In this document: piece by piece, positions 53,154-63,323 of the stretch
Layout: every line of letters starts with the position of its first letter
How positions within the stretch are numbered: the first letter of the stretch is position 1
DNA from: an uncultured Planctomycetaceae bacterium
GTDB lineage: Bacteria > Planctomycetota > Planctomycetia > Planctomycetales > Planctomycetaceae
Assembly: GCA_963976765.1 (NCBI GenBank)
Contig: CAXBME010000005.1
Coordinates: forward strand, 310,001 to 374,000
DNA length: 64,000 nt
Direction of reading: 5' to 3'
Notes under the pieces: model-generated
Seen by the model: the letters and a program-made list of their open reading frames with translations, nothing else
Database searches by the model: none
Told to the model about the DNA's origin: nothing
Made by a program: the position numbers and the translations under genes

Positions 53154-55076
53154 CTACAACGACTTCGATCGAACTTCTTTTTTGAACAGCTCAATCAGTC
53201 GATCAACAGTGTGCCACGGAAAACGGGGACTGAAATTCAAGAGGCGGGATAAAGCCAGAAACTTCTGACGAGTCTCACCGTGAGTTTGCGAGGCAACGGC
53301 GACGCTGACGATCAATCGCTCGGTGGCAGATAACGAGACGGCGTTCAAGTTTTCGTAAAGATCGACGCTGCTGAAGTCGCCAATAATGCTGGCGATCCGC
53401 TGCGTTTCCGGCGTGCCCATCCGGAAATCATCGAGTGCCACGTTCAGACTTTTCAGTGCCGCAGCTTTGTTGCCGTCCAGCTCGTGAATCATGGCAAGGT
53501 ACAGCCTGATGAAACCTCGCTGAGCTGGCGGACGCCCCATCAGGTCCGAAGCTTCAAGCTCTTTGTGCATGCCGCGAGCGACCATCGCTTCGAGCATGAG
53601 ATTTGATCGTGACAGTGGATTCTTCAGCTTCAACGTTTGCTCCATCATCTTTTCGTAGTCGCGATTGCAGTATGCAAGGTATCTCTCGGAAGAGACGACA
53701 AGATCGTACGGATCCAGTGGGATTTCGTTGTTGACGGCAAGGACAAACTCATCGTGAGCCTGCCGCATTTCGACAAATCGATCCTGGACGGCAAGAACGC
53801 CAAGCAATCTGAAGTGGGCGGTTGCTTCGATCGGAGCTGCAGCAATGAGTTCTCGTTGCTCGCGTTCAAGCTCTTCATGCTGACCAAGGGCCAGACGAGC
53901 GAGATGAAGCATGTTCTTCATGTCCTGCTGATCCGGAGCCAGTTCGCTGGCTCTCGTGGCCGCTTCGAACGCATCTTCGTACCGCCCCAGCGACATCATT
54001 CGGTGGCACTTCGCGTAGTACGGAAACGGATTTGACGGATCGGCTTCAGTTGATCGGTCGAAATACTCTTCGGCAAGGGGACCATGAGGCTCAATCCGGC
54101 CTCGCAGATAGAGAGCAGCTCCATCGTCGGGATGCAGCGCTACCAGATCATCATACTTTGCAAACAGTTCATCAATTCTGTCGACTCGAAGTGCCGCCGC
54201 CTGGTAGCGACGATGCCACGAGATCTCCAGTGGTCGGCGTTGAGCACCTTTCTTGAGGAATTCATAGAGCCGCTGATAGGCCGCCCCCTGGACGGCGTAC
54301 CTGCAATAGGCAGCGATCAGTTCTTCGTCGCGAGGTGACAGTCGCAGGTGGAGTTCGCAAAAGTCGAGCTGCTGCTCTGAAGTAAGGTCGTTGGCAAGGA
54401 ACCCGATGACCTGAGCAGGTTCGTGGAGAAGCGAATCAACCCGTGTCCGAGTCGCACTGCTTCCGCTGGCTTTGATTGTTCCGGGAAATGGCTCAAACTG
54501 GAAATCGATATCGCTGAACTCGTAAAATCTCTCCCCCAGATAGAGGCGATGAGTGACCTCGGTTGCTGGCGATTCGGCAGAGTATCGTGCCTCCTCCCAG
54601 ACCGTGATTGTCGTCGCCGCCGGATCGAGCACAAACATTGGCGATGACTGAAACCGCTTCAGCATTCCCGTGCGGAATTCAAAATTGCCCGCATCAGCAA
54701 CAGCTTCAGGCTTCAGAATCTCCCAGCGGTGCCTTCCTTCCGGCAGGCGAATTTCTGCCTTCGAGGTCGCAGCGATCTCAAACCTGTCACCATCATCGAT
54801 CGAAAAAAGTAGCGGCTCAGTGCTTCCGTTCACGACGTAGATCAGTCTGTCTGAAGCAATATAGTCACTCAGGCACGCGATGCCTGAAACAGCAACAAGC
54901 AGGCACAGTAAGAAGGCAGTCAGTCGCTTTCGTTTCGGACCGTTGTCTTGCGAGTCCGTTCCGTCACTTCGTCCATCCGTCTGTTCAGAGGCGTCGATCA
55001 GCTTGCGAGATCCGCCATCCAGTGCCGCAGAAGACGGCGGAAGAAAGAAGCCTGACGGCGTGACAATTGCAGTCAT
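53154..55076 (-). CDS. Membrane-anchored TPR-repeat protein
   Basis: One N-terminal TM, beta-rich domain, TPR-like helices (HPDDGAALYLRGR, LGRYEDAFEAATRASELAP); TAATG overlap with arsC. Confidence 0.75.
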   Translation of the reverse strand: MTAIVTPSGFFLPPSSAALDGGSRKLIDASEQTDGRSDGTDSQDNGPKRKRLTAFLLCLLVAVSGIACLSDYIASDRLIYVVNGSTEPLLFSIDDGDRFEIAATSKAEIRLPEGRHRWEILKPEAVADAGNFEFRTGMLKRFQSSPMFVLDPAATTITVWEEARYSAESPATEVTHRLYLGERFYEFSDIDFQFEPFPGTIKASGSSATRTRVDSLLHEPAQVIGFLANDLTSEQQLDFCELHLRLSPRDEELIAAYCRYAVQGAAYQRLYEFLKKGAQRRPLEISWHRRYQAAALRVDRIDELFAKYDDLVALHPDDGAALYLRGRIEPHGPLAEEYFDRSTEADPSNPFPYYAKCHRMMSLGRYEDAFEAATRASELAPDQQDMKNMLHLARLALGQHEELEREQRELIAAAPIEATAHFRLLGVLAVQDRFVEMRQAHDEFVLAVNNEIPLDPYDLVVSSERYLAYCNRDYEKMMEQTLKLKNPLSRSNLMLEAMVARGMHKELEASDLMGRPPAQRGFIRLYLAMIHELDGNKAAALKSLNVALDDFRMGTPETQRIASIIGDFSSVDLYENLNAVSLSATERLIVSVAVASQTHGETRQKFLALSRLLNFSPRFPWHTVDRLIELFKKEVRSKSL

Positions 55077-55432
55077 TACAGAAGCTCTTGAACGTTTTCG
55101 GGAGGCCGGCCGACGACAGCCTTGTTTCCCTTCACAACGATCGGACGTTCGATCAAGACCGGGTTGTCAATCATCACTGCAATCGCCTCTTCACGACTGA
55201 GGCTGCGATTCTTCAGGTCAAGCTCTTTGAAAACTGCTTCTTTTTTTCGCATCAACTCAAGCGGTTCCAGCTTCAGCTTCCTGAGCACGTCGTCCAGTTC
55301 TGCCGCAGACGGAGGCGTCTTCAGGTATTCAACGACGCGAGGTTCGACGCCTGAATCACGAACCAACTGCAGTGTCTGTCGGCTCTTCGAACAACGTGGA
55401 TTGTGAAAGATCGTGATCGAGGATCTAGTCAC
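55076..55432 (-). CDS. arsC: ArsC family arsenate reductase (glutaredoxin type)
   Basis: [28 protein letters not shown]. Confidence 0.9.
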   Translation of the reverse strand: MTRSSITIFHNPRCSKSRQTLQLVRDSGVEPRVVEYLKTPPSAAELDDVLRKLKLEPLELMRKKEAVFKELDLKNRSLSREEAIAVMIDNPVLIERPIVVKGNKAVVGRPPENVQELL

Positions 55433-57543
55433 GACGCCTGATCTCCATCGCTCGGTTCTGTTGGCTCGTTCGGTTTCTCCAGAAGCGTTTCTGAGTCCAG
55501 CGGAACATCGACGCGGTCCTGCTGGTCATCTGACTTGCCATTGTCGAGTTTCGATCCCTGGACCTTAAGTGTCTTCTCGTCGATCGTGTCCTTGTTGGCC
55601 GTGTCGTCGGGCGATGGCTCTTCTGCGTAAGCACGAATAACCGGATCGCCAATCAATTCAACCAAATCTTCGTGACTTAGAGACTCTCGTTCGAGCAATG
55701 CTTCCGAAACACTGTCCAGCTCGGCCCGATGCTGCATCAGTATTTCCGTCGCCTTCTTCTGAGCGGCGTGAAGGAATCGTTTGATTTCCTGGTCGATCAG
55801 GTGAGCAGTCTCTTCACTGAATTCACGGCTCTCGTGAATTTCTTTGCCGAGAAACGGATGATGCTCGCCCTGGCGATAAGCAACGGGGCCGATTTCGTCG
55901 CTCATGCCCCAGTGGGCGACCATGCTTCGAGCAATCTGAGTTGCACGTTTGATATCGTCTTCAGCTCCGGCCGAGTACTCGTCAAATTCCATTTTCTCGG
56001 CGGCACGCCCTGCCAGCATCATGGCGAGCTGTTGATGCAGCCGCTGTTCGCCAATGTGGAACCGTTCTTCGTCCGGCTGAAACTGCGTCACGCCGAGTGC
56101 TCGTCCACGAGGGATGATCGAAACTTTATGAACCTCGTCAGCCTCTGGCTGATACCAGCCGAGCAACGCGTGCCCGGCTTCGTGATACGCCGTCATGCGG
56201 CGTTCTTTCTGATTCAGAACTTCTTCACGCTTCGGACCCATGATCACTCGGTCACGAGCGTTGTCGAAATCTTCCATCACGACGTATTCACGATTCGCGC
56301 GAACAGCGCACAGTGCCGCTTCGTTGACGAGGTTCTTCAACTCGGCACCGGAAAATCCTGTTGAGGAACCGGCGACTTCTACAAGATCGACGTCGTCACC
56401 GAGCGGAACATTCTTCGAATGAACTTTCAGAATTGCTGCGCGACCTTCCTTCGTCGGGCGGTCGATCGTAACGTGTCTGTCAAAACGTCCAGGTCGCAGG
56501 AGAGCTGGGTCAAGCACGTCTGGACGGTTTGTTGCGGCAAGGACGATGACGGAAGCCGTCTGCTCGAAGCCGTCCATTTCACTGAGTATCTGATTAAGTG
56601 TTTGCTCGCGTTCGTCGTGGCCACCGCCGAGTCCCGCTCCACGATGACGACCGACGGCGTCGATTTCGTCCACGAAGATGATGCATGGTGCGTTGTCTTT
56701 GGCCGTTTGAAAGAGATCTCGAACCCGGCTGGCACCGACGCCAACGAACATCTGAATGAACTCGGAACCGTTGATCGAGTAAAACGGAACTCCCGCTTCA
56801 CCTGCCGTCGCGCGAGCCAGCAATGTCTTGCCCGTTCCTGGCGAACCGATCAGCAGTACGCCCTTCGGGATCTGAGCACCCAGTCGTTGGAACTTCGCGG
56901 GAGTCTTCAGGAACTCGACGACTTCCATCAGCTCAGACTTTGCCTGGTCCATCGCGGCAACGTCGTCGAATGAATTTCGTTGTTCGCTCGGCTGAAACTT
57001 TTTCGCGGGACTTTTCGTGAAGCCGCCGAGAAAGCCTGACCCCATTGGGTCGTTCGCCCGGCGCATCATAATGAACAGGAAAATGATCATCGCGATCGGA
57101 AGCAGCATCCAGATCAATACCTGCCCGCCGGCGTCAACCGCTTTGCCAACCTGCTTGACCTTATTTTCCCTGATCAGCGTATGAAGTTCTTCATTCTCAC
57201 GTTCCCAGACCGGAATGTAAGTTTGAAAAGTGTCTCGAAGTTTGGCGTCCGGCTTCTTCGGATCATCAGGAATTTTTCGCCAGCGACCTTCGATCTGGGC
57301 ACCGGTCCCCGTTACTTCAGCGACGTTGTCTTTTTCGAGCTGCTCATAGAAGAAGCTGTAGTCGACTTCCGATCCGGACGTGAACGACTTACCGAATTCC
57401 CACAGCAGCAGAATGACGATGCCTGCGATGCACATCACCAGAAATCCGGGCGGGATCGGGCGAGGTGCATCCTCTCGCGATTTCCGTTGCGGCTTTTCGG
57501 GCGAATTTGTGTCCGGTTTCTTCTCCGGAGACGGAGACTCCAT
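55429..57543 (-). CDS. ftsH: ATP-dependent zinc metalloprotease FtsH
   Basis: Two TMs, [17 protein letters not shown] ([20 protein letters not shown]), HEAGH; AGGAG before ATG 57543. Confidence 0.97.
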   Translation of the reverse strand: MESPSPEKKPDTNSPEKPQRKSREDAPRPIPPGFLVMCIAGIVILLLWEFGKSFTSGSEVDYSFFYEQLEKDNVAEVTGTGAQIEGRWRKIPDDPKKPDAKLRDTFQTYIPVWERENEELHTLIRENKVKQVGKAVDAGGQVLIWMLLPIAMIIFLFIMMRRANDPMGSGFLGGFTKSPAKKFQPSEQRNSFDDVAAMDQAKSELMEVVEFLKTPAKFQRLGAQIPKGVLLIGSPGTGKTLLARATAGEAGVPFYSINGSEFIQMFVGVGASRVRDLFQTAKDNAPCIIFVDEIDAVGRHRGAGLGGGHDEREQTLNQILSEMDGFEQTASVIVLAATNRPDVLDPALLRPGRFDRHVTIDRPTKEGRAAILKVHSKNVPLGDDVDLVEVAGSSTGFSGAELKNLVNEAALCAVRANREYVVMEDFDNARDRVIMGPKREEVLNQKERRMTAYHEAGHALLGWYQPEADEVHKVSIIPRGRALGVTQFQPDEERFHIGEQRLHQQLAMMLAGRAAEKMEFDEYSAGAEDDIKRATQIARSMVAHWGMSDEIGPVAYRQGEHHPFLGKEIHESREFSEETAHLIDQEIKRFLHAAQKKATEILMQHRAELDSVSEALLERESLSHEDLVELIGDPVIRAYAEEPSPDDTANKDTIDEKTLKVQGSKLDNGKSDDQQDRVDVPLDSETLLEKPNEPTEPSDGDQAS

Positions 57544-57807
57544 GTTTACTCCTGCGTCCTGCACCAGCTGCGCGAGCTGAGCTTTAACATCGATCAACTC
57601 TGGCCGCAGCCAGTCTGACCTTGACCGTATTTTCGAGCCAACGGCGAATCCGGGACGGACAGCCATCAGCGCCTTGCTGTGCAATCATTTGCTGACGCAC
57701 AGAATCAATATCAACAAGCGAGAGATTGAGGCGGAAGGGTACTAAACAGCCTTGTTTGACTCAATCAGCAGACCGGTTCACGTTCGAATGTCAATCGGAG
57801 CGTCCAG

Positions 57808-58236
57808 TCATTCTCCGTCGCCACTGACGTCCGGCGGAGTTCTGTCGCCATCCGGAATCAGCTCAGATTCGTACAACGCCAGAACTGCTCCGACCGGATC
57901 CTTAATGACGGCTATCTTTGCTTCTCCCGCAGGCCGCGGCCCGTCAATCACCGTCCCACCCATTGCCAGGCACCGGGCGACGCACTCCGTAATATCTGCG
58001 ACCGTCACATACATCAGCCAGGCCGGAGGAAGCCTGGCATTTTCCCCCTTCGCGTGGCAAACGCCCGCGACGACGTTTCCGGCAGCGTCCATCATCGAAT
58101 AGTCAGAATAATCGCCCATATCGACAGGTGACGACGTCCAGCCGATGACGGATTCGTAAAACGAACGGACAGATTCAGCATCAGAGACCGTCAAATCGTT
58201 CCAGGTAATCTGTCCGGGAATAAAATCAGCCGTCAT
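57808..58236 (-). CDS. VOC/glyoxalase family protein
   Basis: WNDL...FYESVIGW, PAWLMYVTVAD, GGTVI.GP, IKDPVGA. Confidence 0.88.
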   Translation of the reverse strand: MTADFIPGQITWNDLTVSDAESVRSFYESVIGWTSSPVDMGDYSDYSMMDAAGNVVAGVCHAKGENARLPPAWLMYVTVADITECVARCLAMGGTVIDGPRPAGEAKIAVIKDPVGAVLALYESELIPDGDRTPPDVSGDGE

Positions 58237-58450
58237 GTCGTTAGTCCTTTACGATATCGGTTGTTGACTCTGAAGAATGAGCGACCATAATTGGGGCTTG
58301 CTCGAACCGCATGACGACTATAAGTGTCGTTTCGGTTTATTGCCTGCTTCCCGGCTTTTTGTGCAAACAGTCTGTCCGGGCAGTTTAACAGCGAACGAGT
58401 CGTGTGCTCGATAGTTTCGAGCATTCGGACAAGAGCTTTGTTTCGAGAAA

Positions 58451-58805
<355 letters not shown>

Positions 58806-58809
58806 TCTT

Positions 58810-58850
58810 AATAAGCCACATGCGATTCGTCGCATGTGGCTTATTTTATT
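58810..58850 (+). terminator. Intrinsic terminator after ssrA
   Basis: Perfect stem AATAAGCCACATGCGA-TTCG-TCGCATGTGGCTTATT followed by TTATT. Confidence 0.8.
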
Positions 58851-58869
58851 GGACTTACAGCGATCAGAA

Positions 58870-58981
58870 TGGGACAGGATCGTGTCCCACGATTGCCTCG
58901 GTCGGATAAAAATTGCATTTACGGTCGGATAACGCCTTGTCACAGTGCGGATAGTGAGCCTATGATGATTTATCCGACCGA
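58870..58981. repeat. Candidate integrase arm-binding sites
   Basis: TGGGACA/TGTCCCA inverted pair (58870-58889); CGGTCGGATAA at 58899 and 58922, and inverted at 58970-58980. Confidence 0.65.
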
Positions 58982-59008
58982 TAAATCCATTCATTGAAAG
59001 GGCTGGCA

Positions 59009-60796
59009 ATGCCCATCCGTACCAAGAAGAAGTGGAAGCGAGACAGCCGAGGACATTTCCCAAGAGAGCTTGGGCAGAAGAGGACCGATTCCGGGAAACT
59101 TGTGCCGCACAAGTTTCGGCTGAAATGCAATGAAGAGGCTGAGGCTGTCAGAAGGAACGCCCGACTGGAAGAGCTATGGCTCGCCATTGAAAGCGAGGCC
59201 GAGAAGTTCGATTGGGAACCGCTCTGGAACGAACTGACGATCATGATCGGGCAGCAGATCGCAGAGGGCAGATACACAATCGAAGTCAGCAAATTCGAGA
59301 AAGACAGTCCCGACGCCTACGCTCGATACATCAACCGGCTCCAGACATCATTCCCGATGGTCACATTTGTTCCGGCACGTGGGTTGACCGAGGTTTTCGA
59401 AGAGGGGGCAGAAGATGCTCGCAGGAAGGCCAGCCGCTCTCTGAAGAAACGCATGGCAGAGTTTCGTGCTGAATTCGAGGATAAGCTCGTTCGGTTCGGG
59501 GGCCTCACTCGTGATGACGCCATGAACGGTTCAGAGATGCTTCACGAAGCACTGGACGAGTACGTGGAATACATCAAGACCACTGATATTCAACCGGGCA
59601 CCGACATCCTGACCGATTACGGCCAAATGAAAATCAACAACGTCGAGAGGCTCAAGGAACGCCATAACAATATTCCGCTCAAGTCGCTCTCGACATTCGA
59701 CAGCGTTCAGGCTTTGCTGAACATCTGGAGAAATCGGCCACTGGTAAAGAACTCCGATCCTCCTCGTCCTGTTACCATTAAAACTGCACGACACCACATT
59801 GCCGAGTTGATGCGGTTTCTTCGATGGTTGAATCGAACATCACACTTCGATTGGCGGAAGCCCCGTGACTTTGATGAACTCGACACTCGTGTCAAAGAAA
59901 CACCGCAGGAGAAGAAGAGGCGCAATGGGCACACGCAAGTGGCCACATACACGATTGAGGAACTCAAGCTGCTGAATGAATACGCCACTCCACTCGAACG
60001 GTTACTGCTGTTGCTGGGTCTCAATTGCGGTTTCGGGGCAGCCGAACAAGGTCGAGTAACCCTTTCAGACATCTTCCTGAACCAGCATCACCCAAATATC
60101 GAGTTGTTACAGCAACACGAATTGATGCACGAATTCGAGTGTCGCCCGACCGATAGCTTCCTGATGACATCTCGCCCCAAGACAGGAGTGTGGGGGGAAT
60201 GGCTACTTTGGCCGCAGACAGTTGAGGCCATCAAATGGGGTCGTCAGCGTCGTGAGCGCATTGGCGGTGCGAACCAAGATGCCCTCTTGCTTGTAACCAG
60301 TCGAGGTACTCCGTTTTTGAAATCAACGTCAGCCGGAAACAGAAGCCAGAACTTCTCCAGACGATGGGCGGATTTGAACGGACGAGTCAAAAAAGAACAC
60401 AACAGCTTTCCCACGCTGAGTTTTGGCAAGCTGAGAAAAACTGCCGGTACGATGATCCGCCACATGGCTGGTGGAGAGATTGCCGGGATTTTCCTGTGCC
60501 ACGGGACGCCAGATCGAGGCAATGACCTTCTTGATGTTTACACTGATCGCCCATTCCCGAAACTGTTTACTGCATTACGTGACCTTCAGGAAAAACTAGC
60601 TCCCGTCTTTGATGCAGCACCGAATGATCTTTTTGCACAGCCGACTCAGCAGTACACGGGATTGTCCAAGATCAAACGCATTTACAAATTGAAAGACGAC
60701 GGGATGCCGGTCCGTGACATCGCAATGGAAGTTGGAATCTCCAAGAGTGCTGTCCATCGGCATTTGAAGGCACGAGCCGAGAAGGCGAAGGTTTAG
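59009..60796 (+). CDS. Atypical tyrosine recombinase/integrase with C-terminal HTH
   Basis: LLLGLNCGFGAAE (box I), RPKTG, FGKLRKT (box II), FLCHG, DVYT; C-terminal GMPVRDIAMEVGISKSAVHRHLK. Confidence 0.8.
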   Translation: MPIRTKKKWKRDSRGHFPRELGQKRTDSGKLVPHKFRLKCNEEAEAVRRNARLEELWLAIESEAEKFDWEPLWNELTIMIGQQIAEGRYTIEVSKFEKDSPDAYARYINRLQTSFPMVTFVPARGLTEVFEEGAEDARRKASRSLKKRMAEFRAEFEDKLVRFGGLTRDDAMNGSEMLHEALDEYVEYIKTTDIQPGTDILTDYGQMKINNVERLKERHNNIPLKSLSTFDSVQALLNIWRNRPLVKNSDPPRPVTIKTARHHIAELMRFLRWLNRTSHFDWRKPRDFDELDTRVKETPQEKKRRNGHTQVATYTIEELKLLNEYATPLERLLLLLGLNCGFGAAEQGRVTLSDIFLNQHHPNIELLQQHELMHEFECRPTDSFLMTSRPKTGVWGEWLLWPQTVEAIKWGRQRRERIGGANQDALLLVTSRGTPFLKSTSAGNRSQNFSRRWADLNGRVKKEHNSFPTLSFGKLRKTAGTMIRHMAGGEIAGIFLCHGTPDRGNDLLDVYTDRPFPKLFTALRDLQEKLAPVFDAAPNDLFAQPTQQYTGLSKIKRIYKLKDDGMPVRDIAMEVGISKSAVHRHLKARAEKAKV

Positions 60797-60853
60797 AAAG
60801 CTCTGGTGATGACACCCGCATGGCCTCCACCTTGAAACTCGGTGGAGGCCCAG

Positions 60854-61327
60854 ATGAACCAGATAACCAACTCTCTCTTCCGTTTTGGCGTTTTCGCTAT
60901 CGGCTTCGCTGTCGCAGTAATCGCCTTTCTCGCCGTCGTTGGAATTGGCGGCCTTGTGTTGCCAGTGCTGCTGGGTTCTCTTGTCGGCGTGACGCTGCTC
61001 GTGCTCGTCTGTTGGGGAGGCAGCCACCTACTCGGCCATCTCTTTCTCGGCCACGACCCTGCGTACCGGGAATGGTGCCGTAAGAGCGACCCTTGGTTTG
61101 ACACCCTGCCTCCGCCATTCCGAGCACCGGATAGTCATCACGCTCCATACCAGTGTCTCCGATGTCATGGCGGCATGTGGTCCATCAATTGTGTCTGTCC
61201 ATCTTGTGGCTTTGGCAGAAATGAAATGGTGTGCCCGTGTGGAGTCGAAGTGGTGCAGCCTCACGAGAACGCTTTCGAAACTACCGGAGTTGTTTGCTGG
61301 AATTGCCACCGCATCCTGAATCGGTAG
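60854..61327 (+). CDS. Two-TM membrane protein with Cys-rich (Zn-ribbon-like) C-terminus
   Basis: GGAGG RBS; two hydrophobic helices; CLRC, CPSC, CPC, CWNC. Confidence 0.6.
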   Translation: MNQITNSLFRFGVFAIGFAVAVIAFLAVVGIGGLVLPVLLGSLVGVTLLVLVCWGGSHLLGHLFLGHDPAYREWCRKSDPWFDTLPPPFRAPDSHHAPYQCLRCHGGMWSINCVCPSCGFGRNEMVCPCGVEVVQPHENAFETTGVVCWNCHRILNR

Positions 61328-61590
61328 ACAGCGCCTCCTGAGACTATCGCCGGATATTTTGAGGCCGCTGCCCTTCTCGACATTTGCAGGATGCTCCTGA
61401 CTGTCCAACGAATACCGCCATTCGAACTTTTGTAACCACAATTCCGCAGACGAATCTTCATTCGGTCACGCACACATAAAGACATAGGGGGCTTGGTCGT
61501 TCTACAGGCCATCCCCGCCAGCCGCTTTTCAACATTTCTGACGATCAATTCGCCAAAACAATCTTTGCAACAGGAGTCGGACTGGCGAGA

Positions 61591-61618
61591 GCCCGCTCGA
61601 CATTCCTGTCGAGCGGGT
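61591..61618. terminator. Hairpin between convergent island genes
   Basis: CCCGCTCGACA-TTCC-TGTCGAGCGGG just downstream of the recombinase stop. Confidence 0.55.
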
Positions 61619-61639
61619 CTCCTGATTTCGGGGCGGGTG

Positions 61640-62374
61640 TTACAGGTCAACTTCCTTCATGGCAGACTGGTACTTGTCTTCAAGCTGACCATCGAGAGCG
61701 ACGTGCTGATAGACGGCAAGTGTCTCCCGCCGAGCGTGACCGGTGATGAGTTGCAGTTCAGCATCGGCCATCCCGGAATGCCGGGTCAGCCATGTGATGG
61801 CTTGATGCCGGAAAGTATGAGGCGTTGCCTGTACGCCAGCTTCTTCTGCGTACCGCTTGACGATCTGCTGGATTCTGCGAGTCGAGAACCGGGAAGCTCT
61901 TCGTGTCTGGAAGAGCCAGCGATTGTGTGGGTGATTGGCCATGTGAGTCCGCAGTGCCGTGCCAAACGACTTTCCGAATAGCACGTAGCGGTCCTTCGAG
62001 CCTTTGCCCTGTTCGATCCTGATCTTGTGGTTGTCCAGATCAACGTCTTCGATTTTCATAGCACAGAGTTCTGAGACTCGGACACCGGTGAAGAACATCA
62101 GTCGAAGCATCAGGCTGTGCTGGACATCATCGGCCTGATCCACGATCCGATAAAAGCGCCGGAACTCGTCGCCGGTCAGAACTCGGGGCAGTCGCCGCCC
62201 CTTCTTCTTCGGGCTGAGGTCGCATTCCTGCCGGACCCGCTTGGAGATGTACCGCCAGTCGTCATAGTCGAGTCCAGCCTTGCGGATGATCCGACTGATC
62301 TGCGAGACGATCTTGGACTTGTCTGATTTCGCTTTTCCGTTTTGTGATGCGCCACTGGCCTTGTTTGAGGGCAT
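61640..62374 (-). CDS. Small XerC/D-like tyrosine recombinase (resolvase-like)
   Basis: LPRVLT, TGVRVSE (R), GKGSKDR (K), HTFRH, ITGH, VYQH (Y); AGGAG before ATG 62374. Confidence 0.92.
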   Translation of the reverse strand: MPSNKASGASQNGKAKSDKSKIVSQISRIIRKAGLDYDDWRYISKRVRQECDLSPKKKGRRLPRVLTGDEFRRFYRIVDQADDVQHSLMLRLMFFTGVRVSELCAMKIEDVDLDNHKIRIEQGKGSKDRYVLFGKSFGTALRTHMANHPHNRWLFQTRRASRFSTRRIQQIVKRYAEEAGVQATPHTFRHQAITWLTRHSGMADAELQLITGHARRETLAVYQHVALDGQLEDKYQSAMKEVDL

Positions 62375-62408
62375 TCTTGGTGCTCCTGACGGGCTGAATC
62401 GTTCGTTG

Positions 62409-62438
62409 AATTTCGTGAACTGACTGTTCTGCGAAATT
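62409..62438. other. Candidate core recombination site (dif/lox-like)
   Basis: AATTTCGTGAAC-TGACT-GTTCTGCGAAATT imperfect inverted repeat about 35 nt upstream of the recombinase start. Confidence 0.5.
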
Positions 62439-62472
62439 GCGGGTGCCATGTTGGACGCTCATGTCATGAAGA

Positions 62473-62504
62473 GCCCCGGAGCATCAACCTTGATGCTCCG
62501 GGGC
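62473..62504 (-). terminator. Strong hairpin / terminator
   Basis: GCCCCGGAGCATCAA / TTGATGCTCCGGGGC perfect stem downstream of the 83-aa ORF. Confidence 0.65.
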
Positions 62505-62516
62505 AGCCAACGACCA

Positions 62517-62768
62517 TCACTCAGGCTCAAAGGAATAATACAGGCGTGGGTCATGTTGAAACTTGACGCTCCCCCTGATTCCGCCTGTCTTTCGCTGGAC
62601 GACACAGAACGGGGCCATGAACCCGAGGACTGTGAACTCTTGCTGGAGTTCTGAAGTCGTCCACACGTTTCCGACACCGTGCTTTTCTTCCAGCAGTCCC
62701 TTCGGGCTGGGATTCCGATTGATCTCTCGTTGTTCATTGCGGCGGATGGTTTCGATTGCGTCGTTCAT
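62517..62768 (-). CDS. Small MGE-type hypothetical protein (83 aa)
   Basis: GGAG RBS; VWTTSEL..EF.VLGF.APF.VV.RK..G..GS..FQHDPR.YY reads as a compact folded domain. Confidence 0.7.
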   Translation of the reverse strand: MNDAIETIRRNEQREINRNPSPKGLLEEKHGVGNVWTTSELQQEFTVLGFMAPFCVVQRKTGGIRGSVKFQHDPRLYYSFEPE

Positions 62769-62822
62769 GCGTTACTCCGGTCAAAGGTGAAGTGGACTCA
62801 ACGTCTCGATCACGGGTGTCAT

Positions 62823-63251
62823 TCATGAGGCCAGTTGAGACCGCTTTCGCTGTCGTTTTTCTTTCTGCCGGGCGTGATGCTCACGCACCTGTTGCCGCCA
62901 CTCTGAGTTGCCGCCGTAGCGTGCCATCGGAACCAAATCGAAATACCTGAGCGGGCACGAGAAGCAATATGGACCGCAGGATTCTGACATGTCTTTGAAT
63001 CCCCATTGCCCGGCGTGACATCGAATCAGGTCACAGGTGATCCAGCGTTGTTCAGGTTCAACTTCAACACCGTCCTTCTCAAACGTGCATTGCCACACTC
63101 CCCACAGCACACCGCTGAATCGTCCGCCACGAAAGCAGTGAGCAAGACAAACTCTTTTGACGGTCATGTCTTCGCCCTCACGCTCCCAAGCCTTGGTACG
63201 GTCTTCAATCAGGTTCCTTCGTGTCGCCGCTTGTGGATAAGTCCAGCCCAT
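62823..63251 (-). CDS. MGE-type hypothetical protein (142 aa)
   Basis: GGAG RBS; MGW start and WGFKDMSESCGP...CP...WR motif, recalled from plasmid/ICE hypothetical proteins (DUF6927-like, unverified). Confidence 0.7.
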   Translation of the reverse strand: MGWTYPQAATRRNLIEDRTKAWEREGEDMTVKRVCLAHCFRGGRFSGVLWGVWQCTFEKDGVEVEPEQRWITCDLIRCHAGQWGFKDMSESCGPYCFSCPLRYFDLVPMARYGGNSEWRQQVREHHARQKEKRQRKRSQLAS

Positions 63252-63262
63252 GTTGGTACTCC

Positions 63263-63297
63263 AAAAAGAAAGGCCAGTGAGTTCGTGCTCACTGGCC
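63263..63297 (-). terminator. Intrinsic terminator-like hairpin directly before the RBS of the 142-aa gene
   Basis: GGCCAGTGAG-6 nt-CTCACTGGCC then TTTCTTTTT-GGAG on the minus strand. Confidence 0.65.
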
Positions 63298-63323
63298 GTG
63301 CGGGTGTTCGATTTAAGGGGCCT

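Noticed and set aside
52853..53194. Short minus-strand ORFs after nuoD
   Set aside because: No protein-like features; the region is better explained as a structured RNA
61150..61310. CLRCH and CWNCH read as c-type heme motifs
   Set aside because: They are part of four Cys pairs that fit Zn-ribbons better, and there is no clear export signal for that domain
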